Assembly: GCA_020184695.1 (NCBI GenBank)
Contig: JAANOX010000109.1
Location: 1-27,062, forward strand
Direction of reading: 5' to 3'
Origin: Histomonas meleagridis 2922-C6/04-290x
Lineage: Eukaryota > Protista > Parabasalia
DNA: 27,062 nt
Below are positions 26,301-27,062 of this stretch, one piece after another (positions within the stretch are counted from its first letter, which is position 1; the number at the start of each line of letters is the position of its first letter). The notes beneath the pieces were generated by a model that was given only the letters and a program-made list of their open reading frames with translations, was not told where the DNA came from and did no database searches. Both the position numbers and the translations under genes were made by a program.

Positions 26301-27062
26301 ATTATACTATACACATTATCGATATGACCGCCGACCATTGTACGACCCATACATCCCATCATTATCCGTATCCGTATCGGTATTCGTATCCGTATCGACC
26401 CATCGACCATCATTATCGACATCCCGTATCCCATTGCTGCATATACGTGCTGCGTGCCCATTATACGTATGCATTATCCCGTCATACCATCGATATCATT
26501 ATCATTATGCGACCAACCACGTATCCACCATACGTATACGTATCCCGTCGCCATTATACATGCGTATCCATTATACATTAACAATGCCATGTAAATACCA
26601 ACCTTCCCGTATACATTATACACCGTATCATTATACGTATTCGTATCCCGTACTGCATTATCCGTACGACCTTACATTATACGTATCGTATCCCGTATAC
26701 ATTATCCCGTATACGTATACATTATACGTACTGCATTATACGTATCCGGTATCCCGACCCGCCACGATATACGTATCACATCGTATCGGCCATTATCCGT
26801 GCCATTATCCGTATATTGTATATCCCATTAGCACATTATACGTACTCACGTATCCGTATCATATCCCGTATCGTATACGACATCGATATACGTATCCATT
26901 ATACGTATACATTGTACATTATGCATTATCCATTAGTATCGGTATCCCACGTATCCGTATCCATTATCGATCCCGTATCGTAGCATCATTATCCATTATA
27001 CGTATACATTACATATCCACCCATCCGATACGTATACGTATCCATGCTACAACTGGCTGTAA
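20320..27062 (-). repeat. Garbled reverse complement of the 7-mer array (CATTATC/CATTATA mixed with CGTATC/CGTATA)
   Basis: It starts exactly where the mirror reaches the array junction: 20300 TATAAACGTTGA matches the rc of 9381-9393. It is built from CATTATCC and CATTATAC, the expected rc units, plus CGTATCC and CGTATAC, which are absent from the clean + copy. Confidence 0.88.

Noticed and set aside
20286-26581. More than 20 overlapping ORFs rich in IIHY/IRIR/YPYP on both strands
   Set aside because: They are translations of the garbled mirror of the array, open in several frames at once because the repeat is stop-poor.

Overview
This is AT-rich eukaryotic DNA. It looks parabasalid (Trichomonas/Tritrichomonas/Histomonas-like), inferred from a BspA/TpLRR surface gene, a Maverick-type polymerase fragment and a DD34D mariner occurring together. 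Only about 1-15,410 is independent sequence. It contains: a short unique flank; a ~9 kb array of two 7-mers, TGGATAA and TGTATAA (~1,290 units), bracketed by inward-facing 19-mer repeats; the 3' half of a cyclic-nucleotide phosphodiesterase gene cut off at the repeat; a BspA-like LRR membrane protein; a decayed ORF; an internally deleted mariner; a Maverick/Polinton pPolB fragment; a ~188-nt-period duplication; and a 5'-truncated hypothetical ORF. From ~15,410 onward the window is a reverse-complement re-reading of the same DNA. 15,410-20,320 mirrors 15,058-9,370 but is ~14% shorter and full of errors. 20,320-27,062 mirrors the 7-mer array with CATTAT systematically turned into CGTAT. The simplest explanation is a nanopore-type fold-back (template plus complement) read or an unpolished contig built from one. 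The 3,028-aa ORF and all the IIHY/IRIR ORFs are repeat artefacts. The best candidate for real novel biology is the two-state heptamer array with its inverted 19-mer flanks, whose function is unknown. I found no evidence for a new protein-based system.
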